Shown here: positions 29,370-29,635 of the stretch, one piece after another
How the letters are laid out: each line of letters starts with the position of its first letter
Numbering within the stretch: position 1 is the first letter of the stretch
Origin: Bdellovibrionota bacterium
Lineage (GTDB): Bacteria > Bdellovibrionota_C > UBA2361 > CALJRW01
DNA: 29,635 nt
Assembly: GCA_041740355.1 (NCBI GenBank)
Contig: JBGSMD010000056.1
Span: forward strand, 1 to 29,635
Direction of reading: 5' to 3'
The notes under the pieces: generated by a model
The model's input: the letters and a program-made list of their open reading frames with translations, nothing else
What the model was told of the DNA's origin: nothing
Databases searched by the model: none
Position numbers and translations under genes: made by a program

Positions 29370-29476
29370 TGATAAACCCTTCGCTCGTCATTTTTGAAAA
29401 TATCAAAGATAATCTAGGAGGGGTTTTATGTTGTTTTCCACGGCAAAAAATGGCAAGGCCATTATTTTGCTCGCCC
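29370..29476. repeat. Modules X + linker + bulged hairpin R preceding copy C
   Basis: TAAACCCTTCGC resembles TAAACCCTCCGC at 12970, and AAACCCTTC pairs with GAGGGGTTT. R is ACGGCAAAA-AATGGC-AAG-GCCATT-A-TTTTGCTCGC, with flanks identical to 13091-13126. Confidence 0.75.
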
Positions 29477-29481
29477 AACGT

Positions 29482-29633
29482 TATTTATAGTGATGACAAA
29501 AAATAAATTACGTAAAAATTTAATAGATCAATTTGTTTTTTTGTCATAACTATATGATTTTATTATCCCTCCGGGGGATAGAAAGCCCCAAAAAGTAATT
29601 TCCTTACGTAAATTACTTTTTGGACTTTCTATA
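29482..29633 (+). repeat. Triple-hairpin intergenic repeat, copy C (at window end)
   Basis: Shares TTTTTGTCATAACTATATGATTTTATTATCCCTC exactly with copy B. H3 is ATAGAAAG-CC-CCAAAAAGTAATTT...AAATTACTTTTTGG-A-CTTTCTAT. Confidence 0.92.
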
Positions 29634-29635
29634 TT

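Noticed and set aside
29508-29611. TTACGTAA as parS sites
   Set aside because: Lacks the TGTT-CACGTG-AACA parS consensus; only the ACGT core is shared.
23457-29633. CRISPR array or integron attC interpretation of the repeats
   Set aside because: Copies are kilobases apart and in mixed orientation. There is no regular repeat-spacer period, no RYYYAAC/GTTRRRY ends, and no cas or intI gene.

Overview
AT-rich bacterial chromosomal segment. The gene set (split atpB-atpE with a signal-peptide-like c subunit, gyrA-gpsA, a DUF4911-like gene after gatB) suggests a deltaproteobacterial/Bdellovibrionota-like lineage; this is inference only. Most genes are housekeeping: dnaA, atpB, atpE, mpl, a SurA/PpiD-like chaperone, gatCAB, sthA, gyrA, gpsA, recJ and rppH. 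There is also a membrane-anchored AAA+ ATPase, a sigma54 response regulator, an HPr-like protein, a PAS hybrid kinase, a TPR protein, an isolated GspE/PilB ATPase and a secreted Cys-rich protein. I found no rRNA, tRNA, CRISPR array or transposase. The most unusual signal is non-coding: a family of modular palindromic intergenic repeats. It comprises three ~140-150 bp triple-hairpin copies (23457-23592, 27514-27663, 29482-29633), four copies of a bulged hairpin with covarying stems (54-84, 12998-13035, 13091-13128, 29440-29476) and degenerate fragments. The modules occur in different combinations, like a REP/BIME/REPIN mosaic, and copies lie at both window ends. One array places the probable gatC ribosome-binding site inside a 12-bp stem.
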